DNA of 64,000 bases from positions 368,236 through 432,235 of the forward strand of contig CP066685.1 of the NCBI GenBank assembly GCA_016432345.1. Reading direction: 5' to 3'. Under the pieces are notes generated by a model, which did not search any database, was not told where the DNA came from, and saw only the letters and a program-made list of their open reading frames with translations. The stretch's first letter is position 1. Each line of letters opens with the position of its first letter. This stretch comes from Candidatus Levyibacteriota bacterium. GTDB lineage: Bacteria > Patescibacteriota > Microgenomatia > Levybacterales > UBA12049. Positions 43,180 to 53,394 of this stretch are shown piece after piece. Position numbers and translations under genes: made by a program.

Positions 43180-44250
43180 ATGAATATTGTTCTTGATATA
43201 TCTCCGCTGACTGACGACTCAAAAATTTCACACAGAGTAAGAGGAACGGGGTTTTATATTAAAAACTTAAAAAGATCTTTATTGGAATTCTTTCCAAATA
43301 ATAGATACACTTTTTTTAGCAGGGGGCAATCAATACCTCATGATATAGATATAGTTCATTATCCTTATTTTGAACCATTTTTTTTAACGTTACCATTCAG
43401 AAAAAAATATAAGACTGTCGTCACTGTTCACGATTTAACACCTTTTGTTTTTTCTGATAAATTTCCAATAGGAATAAGAGGGCGCATTAAATGGCTTCTG
43501 CACAGAAGAAATCTTAGAAATGTGGATGCAATTATAGCTGATTCGCAAGTCTCAAAAAAAGATATTATAAAATATGCAGGAATACCAGAGTCAAAGATTA
43601 CCGTTGTTTATTTAGCGGCAGGAGAAGAATTCAAAAGAATCAGAAATGAAGAATTAGGAATAAATAGTCTCCGTAATAAATATAACCTGCCGGAGAAATT
43701 TGCATTGTATGTGGGAGATGTAACATGGAATAAGAATTTGCCAAGACTAATTAGAGCAGTTAAAAAAACAAATATACCATTAGTAATGGTAGGAAAAGCT
43801 CTTCTTCAAAAAGAATTTGATAAAGAAAATGCATGGAATCAAGATTTAATTATAATACAAAATCTTATAAAAAATGATAAGCAAATTACCTCTATCGGTT
43901 TTGTTCCCACGGAGGAATTAGTTCTACTTTATAATATTGCAACTGTTTTTGTAATGCCTTCTTTGTATGAAGGTTTTGGCTTACCGATTTTAGAAGCTAT
44001 GCAATGTGGTTGTCCTGTTATTACAACGAAAGAAGGATCGCTTAAAGAAATTACTGGAGATGCGGTTTTTTTTGTTGATGCGTATGATATCGAAAGCATA
44101 GCTTCGGGAATTGAACGAGTAATAAAGAATAAAAGACTGCAAAGAGAACTTTCTGAAAAAGGTTTAATACAGGCAAAAAAATTCTCTTGGAAAGAAACTG
44201 CTAGAAAAACGATGCAGGTATACAAAAAAATTTATGAGAAAACTCATTAA
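43180..44250 (+). CDS. Glycosyltransferase family 4 (GT-B fold)
   Basis: 356 aa. Motifs VHDLTPF and the C-terminal MPSLYEGFGLPILEAMQCGCPVITT (E-x7-E). Confidence 0.85.
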   Translation: MNIVLDISPLTDDSKISHRVRGTGFYIKNLKRSLLEFFPNNRYTFFSRGQSIPHDIDIVHYPYFEPFFLTLPFRKKYKTVVTVHDLTPFVFSDKFPIGIRGRIKWLLHRRNLRNVDAIIADSQVSKKDIIKYAGIPESKITVVYLAAGEEFKRIRNEELGINSLRNKYNLPEKFALYVGDVTWNKNLPRLIRAVKKTNIPLVMVGKALLQKEFDKENAWNQDLIIIQNLIKNDKQITSIGFVPTEELVLLYNIATVFVMPSLYEGFGLPILEAMQCGCPVITTKEGSLKEITGDAVFFVDAYDIESIASGIERVIKNKRLQRELSEKGLIQAKKFSWKETARKTMQVYKKIYEKTH

Positions 44251-45496
44251 TGTTGCAATTCAAAATCCATTAATTTCCGGCAGCGGCGTAATCTTTTTAG
44301 GTTCTCTTTTAGCCAATCCTTTAAATTTTTTGTTTAACCTTTTTATGACAAAAAATCTCACTGTTGCTGATTATGGAACGTTGGCAAGTCTTATATCGCT
44401 TTCTACGCTAGCAACAATTCCTGCTGGATCAATGTCTCCAACAATTATTAAATTTGCTGCTTCCTATTTTGCAAAGGGAGAGTTGGATATGGTTAAAGGA
44501 TTATTTTTTAAGGTTAGTAGGCTTGCCGTTTCACTTGGATTGATAGTTTTTTTAATTTTTGTTATTGTTCAACAACAAATAAATCAATTCTTTCATATCG
44601 GAAATGGTTTGCTGGTATTGTTGGCGGGGGTACTTGTTGCTTTTAATTTTATTAGCGTTCCGAATCAACCAATTTTGCAGGCAAAACTTGCGTTTCGATT
44701 TATTTCTTTTAATGCGATATTTGGGGCTCTGCTAAAATTATTATTTGGAATATTACTCGTATCGCTTGGTTTTTCTGTTTGGGGCGCATTGTTAGCATTG
44801 ACTATTTCATCTGTTATTCCATACCTTTTTAGCTTTACTCAACTTACATTTCTTCTTAAAAAAGAGGTACAGAATCCTCATATTAGTATAAAAAAATTGA
44901 TTTCATACGGTATACCTTCGACAATTACCCTTTTTGCTTTAACAGCATTTACATCTACAGATATAATTCTTGTAAAACATTTTTTTAATACTACCGATGC
45001 AGGTCTCTATGCAGGAGTTTCGCTAATTGGAAGAATAGTTTTTTTTCTTTCTGCCCCAATTGGCACAGTCATGTTTCCTTTAATTGTCCAAAAGCATACA
45101 AGGAAAGAAAATTTTCATACCGATTTTAGAATAGCTATGTTATTGGTCATTGTTCCATCATGTTTTGTTATTGTTTTGTATTATTTTATACCGGATTTTG
45201 TTCTGACTGTTTCTACGAAGAAGGAATTTACTTCGGTTTCTTCTTTGCTTTGGTTATTTGGGATTTTTTCTGCAATTTATGGTTTATTAACTGTTATGAC
45301 AAATTTCTATTTATCCATAGAAAAAACAAAAATTTTTATTCCTATAGGTATGTGTGCAATTCTTCAAGTAGTATTACTGTGGTTTTTTCATGAGACTTTC
45401 TTGCAGGTATTGACGATTTCTCTTGTTATTACAAGTTTACTTCTCTTTGGTCTTTTGCTATATTACTGGAAACTGTATGGGAAAAATACAAGATAG
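44234..45496 (+). CDS. MOP-superfamily polysaccharide flippase (Wzx/RfbX-like)
   Basis: 420 aa with about 12 hydrophobic segments. The N-terminus LISGSGVIFLGSLLANPLNFLFNLFMTKNLTVADYGTLASL is typical of polysaccharide biosynthesis/export proteins. It is embedded among GT genes. Confidence 0.6.
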   Translation: MRKLINVAIQNPLISGSGVIFLGSLLANPLNFLFNLFMTKNLTVADYGTLASLISLSTLATIPAGSMSPTIIKFAASYFAKGELDMVKGLFFKVSRLAVSLGLIVFLIFVIVQQQINQFFHIGNGLLVLLAGVLVAFNFISVPNQPILQAKLAFRFISFNAIFGALLKLLFGILLVSLGFSVWGALLALTISSVIPYLFSFTQLTFLLKKEVQNPHISIKKLISYGIPSTITLFALTAFTSTDIILVKHFFNTTDAGLYAGVSLIGRIVFFLSAPIGTVMFPLIVQKHTRKENFHTDFRIAMLLVIVPSCFVIVLYYFIPDFVLTVSTKKEFTSVSSLLWLFGIFSAIYGLLTVMTNFYLSIEKTKIFIPIGMCAILQVVLLWFFHETFLQVLTISLVITSLLLFGLLLYYWKLYGKNTR

Positions 45497-46298
45497 TAAA
45501 TCTACTATTATTTCAGTTATTGTACCAACATACAAACAAGAAGCAATAATTGAAGAAAATCTCCTTCAGATCAAAAACGTTATGGATCAGATGCGTTATG
45601 ATTACGAAATTATTGTAGTGGTTGATGGATTTGTAGATAAAACGTACGAACGAGCAAAAAAATTGAAGTTTTCTAAAATTATTGTTGTTGGGTATAAACA
45701 TAATCATGGTAAAGGAAATGCTGTTCGTTATGGTATGGCAAAAGCAAAAGGAAATATTATTGCGTTTATTGATTCTGGAATGGATATTAACTCAAATGGT
45801 TTGTCAATGCTATTGGAACATTTTGAATGGTATAACGCAGATATTGTTGTAGGTTCAAAACTTCATCCCGTCTCGAAAGTCAATTATCCTCTGCAGAGGA
45901 AGATTTTATCGTTTGGATACAGAGCGCTTGTAAAAATTTTATTTGGTCTGCATATAAGGGATACGCAAGTAGGACTTAAATTTTTTCGAAGAAAAGTTTT
46001 AGAGGATGTTTTACCTCGGTTACTTGTTAAACAATATGCATTTGATATCGAAATTTTGGCAGTAGCTTATTATCTTGGGTACAAACGAATATTTGAGGCT
46101 CCGGTGGAACTAGATTTTAAGGAAAAAAGTTCTATAGCTCCTGTTGTTTCGGTGAGTTTTTGGAAAACTATACTTCATATGCTTTGGGATACACTTGCCG
46201 TGTTCTATAGATTAAAAATTATTCATTATTATAATAATAAAGGTAAAAGAAAACGAAAGCTTGATCCGGAGCTTGATTTTAAAGTCAACATTACTTAG
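45477..46298 (+). CDS. Glycosyltransferase family 2 (possibly a Pren-P sugar synthase type)
   Basis: The track ORF starts at 45423. I prefer ATG 45477 (MGKIQDSKSTIISVIVPTYKQ). Motifs VVVDGFVDKT and GKGNAVRYGMAKAKGNIIAFIDSGMDIN. Confidence 0.75.
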   Translation: MGKIQDSKSTIISVIVPTYKQEAIIEENLLQIKNVMDQMRYDYEIIVVVDGFVDKTYERAKKLKFSKIIVVGYKHNHGKGNAVRYGMAKAKGNIIAFIDSGMDINSNGLSMLLEHFEWYNADIVVGSKLHPVSKVNYPLQRKILSFGYRALVKILFGLHIRDTQVGLKFFRRKVLEDVLPRLLVKQYAFDIEILAVAYYLGYKRIFEAPVELDFKEKSSIAPVVSVSFWKTILHMLWDTLAVFYRLKIIHYYNNKGKRKRKLDPELDFKVNIT

Positions 46299-46300
46299 TT

Positions 46301-47338
46301 ATGAAAATTTTAATTACTGGAGGAGCAGGATTCATTGGAATTAATGCTGCAGATTATTATCTAAAGAGGGGATTTAAGGTAATTATACTTGACAATTTTT
46401 CAAGAAAAGGCGGCAGAGAGAATATAGAATGGTTTAAAGAAAAACATAGCTCTAATTTAATTGTTATTAAGGCTGATGTGCGTTATGGTCAGAAAAAGTT
46501 ACAGAATATAATAGAAAAGGTAAATATAGTTTTACATCTTGCAGGGCAGGTTGCTGTAACTAGTTCAGTTGAAAATCCACGCGAAGATTTTGAAAGTAAT
46601 ACATTAGGCACATTTAATGTACTTGAAGCAACTAGACTTTCTGGGAATAATCCAATTTTTATTTATAGTTCAACAAATAAAGTATATGGAGAATTAGACG
46701 ATCTAAAAATTATTGAGACTGAAAATAGATATAAATTTAAAAGTTTACCATTTGGTATTCCCGAGACAAGAGCGCTTGATTTTCACTCACCGTATGGCTG
46801 CAGCAAGGGAGCGGCTGAACAATACGTACGAGATTACGCGCGTATTTATGGACTTAATACGATAGTTTTTAGGCAATCTTGCGTCTATGGTCGGCGGCAA
46901 TTTGGCATTGAAGATCAGGGATGGATAGCGTGGTTTATAATCGCGTTGACCATAGGCAAAAAAATTACCATTTTTGGGAACGGAAAACAGGTACGGGATT
47001 TGCTTTTCATAGATGATTTACTTGATGCATATTTTATGGCAGCAAAGAATATTAAAAAAACACGAGGGCAAATTTACAATATAGGCGGAGGAATAAAAAA
47101 TACAATTTCAATTTGGCTTGAATTAAAGCCAGTCCTTGAAAAACTTTTTAAGAAAGAAATTAATATGTCAACATTAAACACAAGACCAGGGGACCAGCCA
47201 ATATTTATTTCAGATATCAGGAAAGCAAAAAAAGATTTCGATTGGGAACCCAAAGTAGATGTTAAAAAGGGGATTGAAAAGCTATATGCATGGATACAAG
47301 AAAATAAGAGCATGTTCCAGAAACTTTTTGCCTCATGA
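46301..47338 (+). CDS. Extended SDR NAD-dependent sugar epimerase/dehydratase (CDP-paratose/tyvelose 2-epimerase-like)
   Basis: 345 aa. Motifs ILITGGAGFIGINAADYYL, SSTNKVYG and YGCSKGAAEQY (YxxxK). Confidence 0.75.
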   Translation: MKILITGGAGFIGINAADYYLKRGFKVIILDNFSRKGGRENIEWFKEKHSSNLIVIKADVRYGQKKLQNIIEKVNIVLHLAGQVAVTSSVENPREDFESNTLGTFNVLEATRLSGNNPIFIYSSTNKVYGELDDLKIIETENRYKFKSLPFGIPETRALDFHSPYGCSKGAAEQYVRDYARIYGLNTIVFRQSCVYGRRQFGIEDQGWIAWFIIALTIGKKITIFGNGKQVRDLLFIDDLLDAYFMAAKNIKKTRGQIYNIGGGIKNTISIWLELKPVLEKLFKKEINMSTLNTRPGDQPIFISDIRKAKKDFDWEPKVDVKKGIEKLYAWIQENKSMFQKLFAS

Positions 47339-48438
47339 ATATACTTATATTAAATTGGCGAGATATAAAAAATCCAAAGAGCGGGGGAGCAGAAATTATT
47401 CTCTATGAGTTAAGTAAACGATTTATAAAAGAAGGCCATTCAATTATATGGTTTTGTAGCTCCTTTGATAAAGCATTACCTCAAGAGACGTTTGAAGGAA
47501 TAACAATTATACGAAGAGGCAATAAATTTTCTGTCTATTTAGAAGCCTTATGGTATTATAAACAACTTTCTCAAAAACCAGATATAGTTCTTGACTGCGT
47601 CAATACAATCTGTTGGCAGACTCCTTTTTATGTTGAGCGGCAAAAGATAATACTTTATACTAATCAATCAGCAAGAAAGGTATTTTTTTATGAATATCCA
47701 TGGCTTTTTGCATTGGTAGGATTTCTCCTTGAGCCCCTTCAGTATCTCTTTTACAAGAGAGTTAAAACAATATGTTATAGCAATAGTATCAAGAGTGATC
47801 TTATGTCTTTTGGTCTTTCAAAAGAGAATATTAGCGTATTTCCATTGGGAATTGACCATGCAAGGTATAAACCTGGGAAAAAGTTTCCACAACCAACTTT
47901 TATCTTTGTGGGAAGATTTGTAAAAAATAAGAGACCTGATTTAATTGTTATGTCTTTGAAAGCAGTCGCAAAAAAGTACCCACTTGCCCACTTGTATCTT
48001 ATAGGATATGGTGAAGAGGAAAAGAACCTACGATCACTTATTGCCAATATGGGTCTTGACAGAAATGTTTCTATAGTTAATAAAAACAACGTTTTTTTTG
48101 CAAAAGATAAAAAAGATATGAAAGTAGCCCTTATGCAGGCTGCTTGGGCTATTATCGTGCCATCGGTGAAAGAAGGATGGGGAATGGTGGTAACAGAGGC
48201 CGCTTCTTGCGGTACACCTGCGATTGTTTCAAACGTTACTGGGTTACGAGATTCGGTTATCCATAATAAAACCGGTATAATATTGTCTGGTGATCCAACA
48301 CCCCAGGAATTAAGCAATGCCATGCTGACCATCATTAAGGATATTGGATTTAGGAATAAGCTAGGGAAAGGCGCAGTATTATGGAGTAAAAAATTTTCCT
48401 GGGAAAGTTCATACGAGGCATTCAAAAAATTGTTATAA
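47335..48438 (+). CDS. Glycosyltransferase family 4 (GT-B fold)
   Basis: 367 aa. Motifs NILILNWRDIKNPKSGGAE and the C-terminal VPSVKEGWGMVVTEAASCGTPAIVS (E-x7-E). ATGA overlap with the upstream gene. Confidence 0.85.
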   Translation: MNILILNWRDIKNPKSGGAEIILYELSKRFIKEGHSIIWFCSSFDKALPQETFEGITIIRRGNKFSVYLEALWYYKQLSQKPDIVLDCVNTICWQTPFYVERQKIILYTNQSARKVFFYEYPWLFALVGFLLEPLQYLFYKRVKTICYSNSIKSDLMSFGLSKENISVFPLGIDHARYKPGKKFPQPTFIFVGRFVKNKRPDLIVMSLKAVAKKYPLAHLYLIGYGEEEKNLRSLIANMGLDRNVSIVNKNNVFFAKDKKDMKVALMQAAWAIIVPSVKEGWGMVVTEAASCGTPAIVSNVTGLRDSVIHNKTGIILSGDPTPQELSNAMLTIIKDIGFRNKLGKGAVLWSKKFSWESSYEAFKKLL

Positions 48439-48451
48439 TAGATCACTTTTT

Positions 48452-49273
48452 ATGGAAATGCCACTTATATCTGTAGTAATTGCTACATATAGTTGTGAAC
48501 GCACTATTGAAAAGTGTTTGATATCTATAAAAGAACAGAAATATCCAAATGTAGAGACAATTGTTGTTGATAGCATTAATTATAAAATGGATGAAAAATA
48601 TAAAAAGATAATAAAGAAATATGCAAGATATTTATCTGATGGTCCGGAAAGAAGTATTCAGCGTAATAGGGGCATACATGAAGCAAAAGGGGAATATGTA
48701 TTAGTACTTGATCAGGATATGTATTTGACCTCCAAGGTGCTCGAAGACTGCTATAAAAGAATAAATGACAATATAGCCTTAATAGTGCCTGAAATTTCTA
48801 TTGGCGTTGGGTATTGGACAAAATGTGTTGCATTTGAGCGATATATTAGTATTTTTTTAGAGGAAGGGATGAATGAATGCTGTAGGTTTTTTAAAAAAAA
48901 AGATGCCTTAGCTATTGGAGGGTATGATCCTACTATTGTAGGTGCGGAAGATTCGGATTTCCATTATCGAATGAAAAAGATTGGCAGTATAGGGAAAATC
49001 AAAAATCACTTATATCATGATGAAGGAAGAATAAATTTTTTTGGGAGAGTTAAGAAAAAGTATTACTATAGTAAAGCGTTCAGTGAGTTTCTTAAGCGGC
49101 ATCCAGACATCGCCGTTGCCCAGTTTTTTCCAATTAAAAAAGCTTACATAAAACATTTTGATTTATTATTGAGACATCCATTTTTAACAGCAGGACTTGT
49201 ATTACTACGATCTGGAGAAGTTTTGGCGGGACTTCTTGGTATGTTGGTTTCCCCGGCGCTTGAGTCGTCTTAA
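48452..49273 (+). CDS. Glycosyltransferase family 2
   Basis: 273 aa. Motifs ISVVIATYSCERTI, IVVDS and VLDQDM (DxD). Confidence 0.75.
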   Translation: MEMPLISVVIATYSCERTIEKCLISIKEQKYPNVETIVVDSINYKMDEKYKKIIKKYARYLSDGPERSIQRNRGIHEAKGEYVLVLDQDMYLTSKVLEDCYKRINDNIALIVPEISIGVGYWTKCVAFERYISIFLEEGMNECCRFFKKKDALAIGGYDPTIVGAEDSDFHYRMKKIGSIGKIKNHLYHDEGRINFFGRVKKKYYYSKAFSEFLKRHPDIAVAQFFPIKKAYIKHFDLLLRHPFLTAGLVLLRSGEVLAGLLGMLVSPALESS

Positions 49274-49310
49274 GCCTTATGGTATAACTACTATGAAGGA
49301 GGGAGCAAAA

Positions 49311-50264
49311 ATGTCTTTTTGGCAACAAAGAGTAGTACTGGTAACAGGCGCTAGTGGTTTTGTTGGATCACGCCTTGTTAATCTACTAAATAAAAAAAAA
49401 TCAAAAGTAATTGCCTTATCCAACAAGGAGATAAAATCCATAAGAGGAATAATTGACGTAAGAGGATCAGTTGAAAATTTTCAGTTGTTAAATGAGATAA
49501 TAAAGAAATATAAAGTTAACACAATTTTTCATCTAGCAGCTCAGTCAATAGTAGAGATTGGTCAAGATAATCCCATTAAGACCTTTGAGGTAAATATTAG
49601 AGGTACATGGAATATATTAGAATGCGCAAGGGAAAATAATATACAAAAAGTAGTAATTGCATCTACAGTTCATGTTTATGGCGATAATCCAAAAGTTCCA
49701 TTCAAAGAAGAATATTTTCCTCAGCCATCAAGACCATATGAGACATCTAAAGCTTGCGCAGATTTGCTAGCACAATCTTTTGCCGACACTTATGATTTAT
49801 CAGTTGAGATTCCCAGATTTGTTAATATTTATGGACCGGGAGACCTTAATTTCTCACGTTTAATTCCAAAAGTTATTAAAAGTATTTTACAGGGCAAGCA
49901 ACCAGAAGTTTGGGATGTGGGTTCAATACGTGACTTTCTTTATATTGATGATGCCATTACTGCCTATCTTATGATTGCTGAAAAAAGGGTAGATAATAAA
50001 AAAAGATTAAGAATTTTTAATTTTGGTACCGGAAACCAGATTAAAATTTATGATCTAGTGCAAAAAATAATTCAAATAATGGCAAAAGGAATAAAAGTTA
50101 GAATAGAACAGCTACCCCAAGATAGATCTAATGAGATAAAAAAACAATATGTATCAATTGCAAAAGCAAAAAGAGAATTAGGATGGTATCCAAAAGTAAC
50201 CTTAGATAACGGCCTTTCAAAAACTATTACATGGTATCAAGGGAATTCCCACCTTTTTATATGA
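49311..50264 (+). CDS. Extended SDR NAD-dependent sugar epimerase/dehydratase
   Basis: The track ORF starts at 49197, inside the upstream gene. ATG 49311 is preceded by GAAGGAGGGA (49296-49305). Motifs VLVTGASGFVGSRL and YETSKACADLL (YxxxK). Confidence 0.8.
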   Translation: MSFWQQRVVLVTGASGFVGSRLVNLLNKKKSKVIALSNKEIKSIRGIIDVRGSVENFQLLNEIIKKYKVNTIFHLAAQSIVEIGQDNPIKTFEVNIRGTWNILECARENNIQKVVIASTVHVYGDNPKVPFKEEYFPQPSRPYETSKACADLLAQSFADTYDLSVEIPRFVNIYGPGDLNFSRLIPKVIKSILQGKQPEVWDVGSIRDFLYIDDAITAYLMIAEKRVDNKKRLRIFNFGTGNQIKIYDLVQKIIQIMAKGIKVRIEQLPQDRSNEIKKQYVSIAKAKRELGWYPKVTLDNGLSKTITWYQGNSHLFI

Positions 50265-51391
50265 GGAATCATGTCCTAATTATATCCATTGGCTTTTTGC
50301 CTAATATAGGAGGACTTGAGACACATCTTAAGGATTTAATAGATGAACTAACTAAAAAAGATTGGATAGTTACAGTTCTTACTTATCAGCCGCTTAATAC
50401 TCCAGAATTGGGAAAATGGATAGAAAAAAGGAAAAATTTAATTGTCTTTAGATTGCCTATTGTGAGAGGAGTGTTTTATAAGTTATACAAAAAACCTTTC
50501 CTGGAATTTTTATTCTTAGAGCCGTTACTTTTTTTGGTAACCCCGTTAGTGTTGTTAACGTATTCGAGTATTAATGTGGTTAATGCTCAAGGTCTCATTG
50601 CAGGATTTTCAGCAAGTTTCTGGACAAAAATTTTTAGAAAACGATATGTAGTTTCTGCTCAATCTATTTATCATTTTCCCAAAAAAGGCTTTTACAGACA
50701 AATTTGCAAGTGGATTTTTAGTTCAGCTGATAAAATTATTGCTATTTCCAAGCAGAGCAAGAAAGACATAGAAACTTTAGGAGTATCTTCCCAAAGTGTT
50801 CAGATTTATACTAATTGGGAAAACAGTGATTTATTCAAGCCCATAGAAAAAGAAACTGCCAAAAAAGAAGTGGGATTTACAAATAAATTCGTGGTTTCTT
50901 TTTTTGGTAGACTGATTGAGGAAAAAGGCGTAAAGGTGATTATCGATGCAGTTAAATTATCAGATAGAAGAATCACCTTTGTAATATATGGCGAGGGCCC
51001 TCTGGTTGATTATGTAAAAAAAGCCGTCCAAGAATATCCCAATGTCACTTATATGGGAACAATTTCACCTAATCTTTTACCTACCCACTATAGCGCGGCT
51101 GATATAATCTTAATGCCGACATTAAATGAGGAAGGTTTTGGAAGAGTGGCTGCGGGAGCATTGTTTTGTGGCACACCGGTGATTGCCTCAAACAGAGGGG
51201 CATTACCTACGATTGTGAACGATTCAGTAGGAAAGATTATAGAGCCTACTCCTCAAGAGATTACAAAGGTAGTTAATTTCTATTTTCATAACCGCCATGT
51301 ATTGAAAAAATCCGCTCAAAATGCCAGAAAATACGCTTTAAGTAAATTTAGTAAAAAAAACGTAGAAGCTATTATTAGTAGTTATATTTAG
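50261..51391 (+). CDS. Glycosyltransferase family 4 (GT-B fold)
   Basis: ATG 50261 forms an ATGA overlap with the upstream stop (the track start 50231 lies inside the upstream gene). Motifs ISIGFLPNIGGLETH and the C-terminal MPTLNEEGFGRVAAGALFCGTPVIAS. Confidence 0.8.
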   Translation: MRNHVLIISIGFLPNIGGLETHLKDLIDELTKKDWIVTVLTYQPLNTPELGKWIEKRKNLIVFRLPIVRGVFYKLYKKPFLEFLFLEPLLFLVTPLVLLTYSSINVVNAQGLIAGFSASFWTKIFRKRYVVSAQSIYHFPKKGFYRQICKWIFSSADKIIAISKQSKKDIETLGVSSQSVQIYTNWENSDLFKPIEKETAKKEVGFTNKFVVSFFGRLIEEKGVKVIIDAVKLSDRRITFVIYGEGPLVDYVKKAVQEYPNVTYMGTISPNLLPTHYSAADIILMPTLNEEGFGRVAAGALFCGTPVIASNRGALPTIVNDSVGKIIEPTPQEITKVVNFYFHNRHVLKKSAQNARKYALSKFSKKNVEAIISSYI

Positions 51392-51447
51392 TGGTGGAAT
51401 GTGAGGATTAACTGTGTTAATATGTATCACAAGTTACTAAAAACTTT

Positions 51448-52272
51448 ATGGTGGATGAAGCAAAACTTGAATTACTTCTTGCAAATACCGGCGATATGTG
51501 TCTCAAAAGACGCGCCAAACTTCTTGTAAGAGAACTAGATCCTCAAAAGAACGATAAGATTTTGGATGTTGGTTGTGGTGACGGATTTTTTTTATATCTT
51601 CTATCACGTTTGGGAAATTATACTCTAACTGGTATTGATAGTGACAAAGGAGCAATTACCAATGCCAAAAAACAAGTTGGTTCTAAAAACGTTCATTATA
51701 TAGTAGGTGATATATACAAAATGCCATTTAAAGATGGGCAGTTTAATAAAATAATTGGCAGTGAAGTACTTGAACATTTACCGGATGAGGGACAAGGCTT
51801 GTTGGAGATTAGGAGAGTACTTGCCAAAAATGGCACATTGTGTGTTACTGTTCCTCATTGGAATTACCCTTTCTTTTGGGATCCGATTAATTACATTTTG
51901 CAACGCATCTTTAAAACACATGTTAAATCAGGCTTTTGGGCGGGAATTTGGAATTTTCATGAAAGGCTATACAAAGTATCAGAACTTCGTAAATTGTTAA
52001 AAGATATGGGTTTTTCTATTGAGCGACTTGAGTGCGTAATGCACTTCGCATTACCATTTAACCATCACTTTGCTAATATTGGTTTTCGTCTTCGAACCTC
52101 AAAGAATGTTCCCCAAACTATGCGCGCTACACTTAGCAAATTTAAAGGTGATAAGAAAACATGGTTTTCCCTCATCTTAACTTTTATCAACTGGCTTGAC
52201 AAACGAAACAATAGAAAATTCTCAGAGCAAGTATCAACAGTTGGAATTTTTTTGAAAGCAAAAAAAGTGTAA
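51448..52272 (+). CDS. Class I SAM-dependent methyltransferase
   Basis: 274 aa. Motif I ILDVGCGDGFF, then IGSEVLEHLPD. Confidence 0.8.
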   Translation: MVDEAKLELLLANTGDMCLKRRAKLLVRELDPQKNDKILDVGCGDGFFLYLLSRLGNYTLTGIDSDKGAITNAKKQVGSKNVHYIVGDIYKMPFKDGQFNKIIGSEVLEHLPDEGQGLLEIRRVLAKNGTLCVTVPHWNYPFFWDPINYILQRIFKTHVKSGFWAGIWNFHERLYKVSELRKLLKDMGFSIERLECVMHFALPFNHHFANIGFRLRTSKNVPQTMRATLSKFKGDKKTWFSLILTFINWLDKRNNRKFSEQVSTVGIFLKAKKV

Positions 52273-52281
52273 TTCAATTAT

Positions 52282-53394
52282 ATGAACAAAATGTATTATA
52301 AAAATATTTTTATGTATTCAAATCATCAATCAACGGCAACTTCTAACATAGAAGAGTATTTTGTTTTGCATACAAATAAGCTTGTTGTTTTCGTTTTAGA
52401 TTATCGAAAATTGGATACAAGCTTAGTGCGACTTTATAAGAATGGAAGTTTGGTTGAAGAAAAAAAAGTCAAACTTTCCCAAAACAGATTCGGTTATTAC
52501 CTGTTATGGTATGTTAATTATCTTATTTTTCTTATGACGTATTTCACAAGTAAAGAAAAAGTAATTGTCATCTCGTGGAGTCCAATCTCTTTTTTTGGAA
52601 TGTTCTTACAAAAAAAGTTAAGAAATATAGATTTCCTTTTTTGGGACGGAGATTATTTTCCTCCTGTAAATATTTCGCTTAGATTATTTGAAGGACTTAA
52701 AAGATATTATAACCAAAAGGTAAAATATGCCTTCTATTCGGGAGATTTAATAAATGAAAAAATGAATGGTAAGGTACTCAATACCCCTTATAGAAAAACC
52801 GCTTTGTGGGGAGTAATGCCTAGAAATATTAAACGAAAACTTGATAAAAAAAATCTTACAATTTTATTTGTAGGTTTTATCAAAGATTCTCAAGATTTGG
52901 AGTTTTTATTTGATTTTCTAAAGGGACAAAAGAATTATAAACTTAAAATAATTGGAATGTGCGATGGGGATTTAGATAAAAAATACAATAGGATAATAAA
53001 AGAAAATGGGATAGAGAATCAAGTTTATTTTCCAAACAGATTTTTTTCCGATAAAGAATTAGAAGATGTATCAAAAACCTGTCAGGTGGGTATTGCTCTT
53101 TATGATATTACACCAACAAATGGCACCTATTATACAGATCCCGGCAAAGTTAAAACCTATGCTTCGTTTGGTTTACCAATCATTATGTCTGACATGTCCG
53201 CAATAGCGCCATATATAAAACGATTTAATTGCGGTATCCTCATTAAAAAAAATGATACGGAATTGGGTGATGCACTTTTAGATATGAGAAAAAATTATAC
53301 AAAATATCTCAAAGGGTTAGAAAAATTTAACGACTATTTTTATTACGAAACGCACTATCGGAAGGCACTTCGTATTTTAGAAAAAAATGACTAA
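52282..53394 (+). CDS. Divergent GT-B-like glycosyltransferase (tentative)
   Basis: 370 aa. The C-terminal half has a Rossmann-like layout (ILFVGFIKD..., KLKIIGMCDG, FGLPIIMSD), but there is no clean E-x7-E motif. Genomic context is GT genes. Confidence 0.35.
   Translation: MNKMYYKNIFMYSNHQSTATSNIEEYFVLHTNKLVVFVLDYRKLDTSLVRLYKNGSLVEEKKVKLSQNRFGYYLLWYVNYLIFLMTYFTSKEKVIVISWSPISFFGMFLQKKLRNIDFLFWDGDYFPPVNISLRLFEGLKRYYNQKVKYAFYSGDLINEKMNGKVLNTPYRKTALWGVMPRNIKRKLDKKNLTILFVGFIKDSQDLEFLFDFLKGQKNYKLKIIGMCDGDLDKKYNRIIKENGIENQVYFPNRFFSDKELEDVSKTCQVGIALYDITPTNGTYYTDPGKVKTYASFGLPIIMSDMSAIAPYIKRFNCGILIKKNDTELGDALLDMRKNYTKYLKGLEKFNDYFYYETHYRKALRILEKND

Noticed and set aside
47775-48446. A 223-aa antisense ORF covering most of the C-terminal half of the GT4 gene 47335..48438.
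   Set aside because: The sense strand encodes a canonical GT4 E-x7-E domain and is translationally coupled to its neighbours. The antisense product has no recognisable motif, and it would be the only minus-strand gene in a 40-kb co-directional block.
51408-51420. A small inverted repeat, ttaac-tgt-gttaa, in the largest intergenic gap. I considered it as a terminator.
   Set aside because: The stem is only 5 bp and AT-only, with no following T-run. It is too weak to call an intrinsic terminator.
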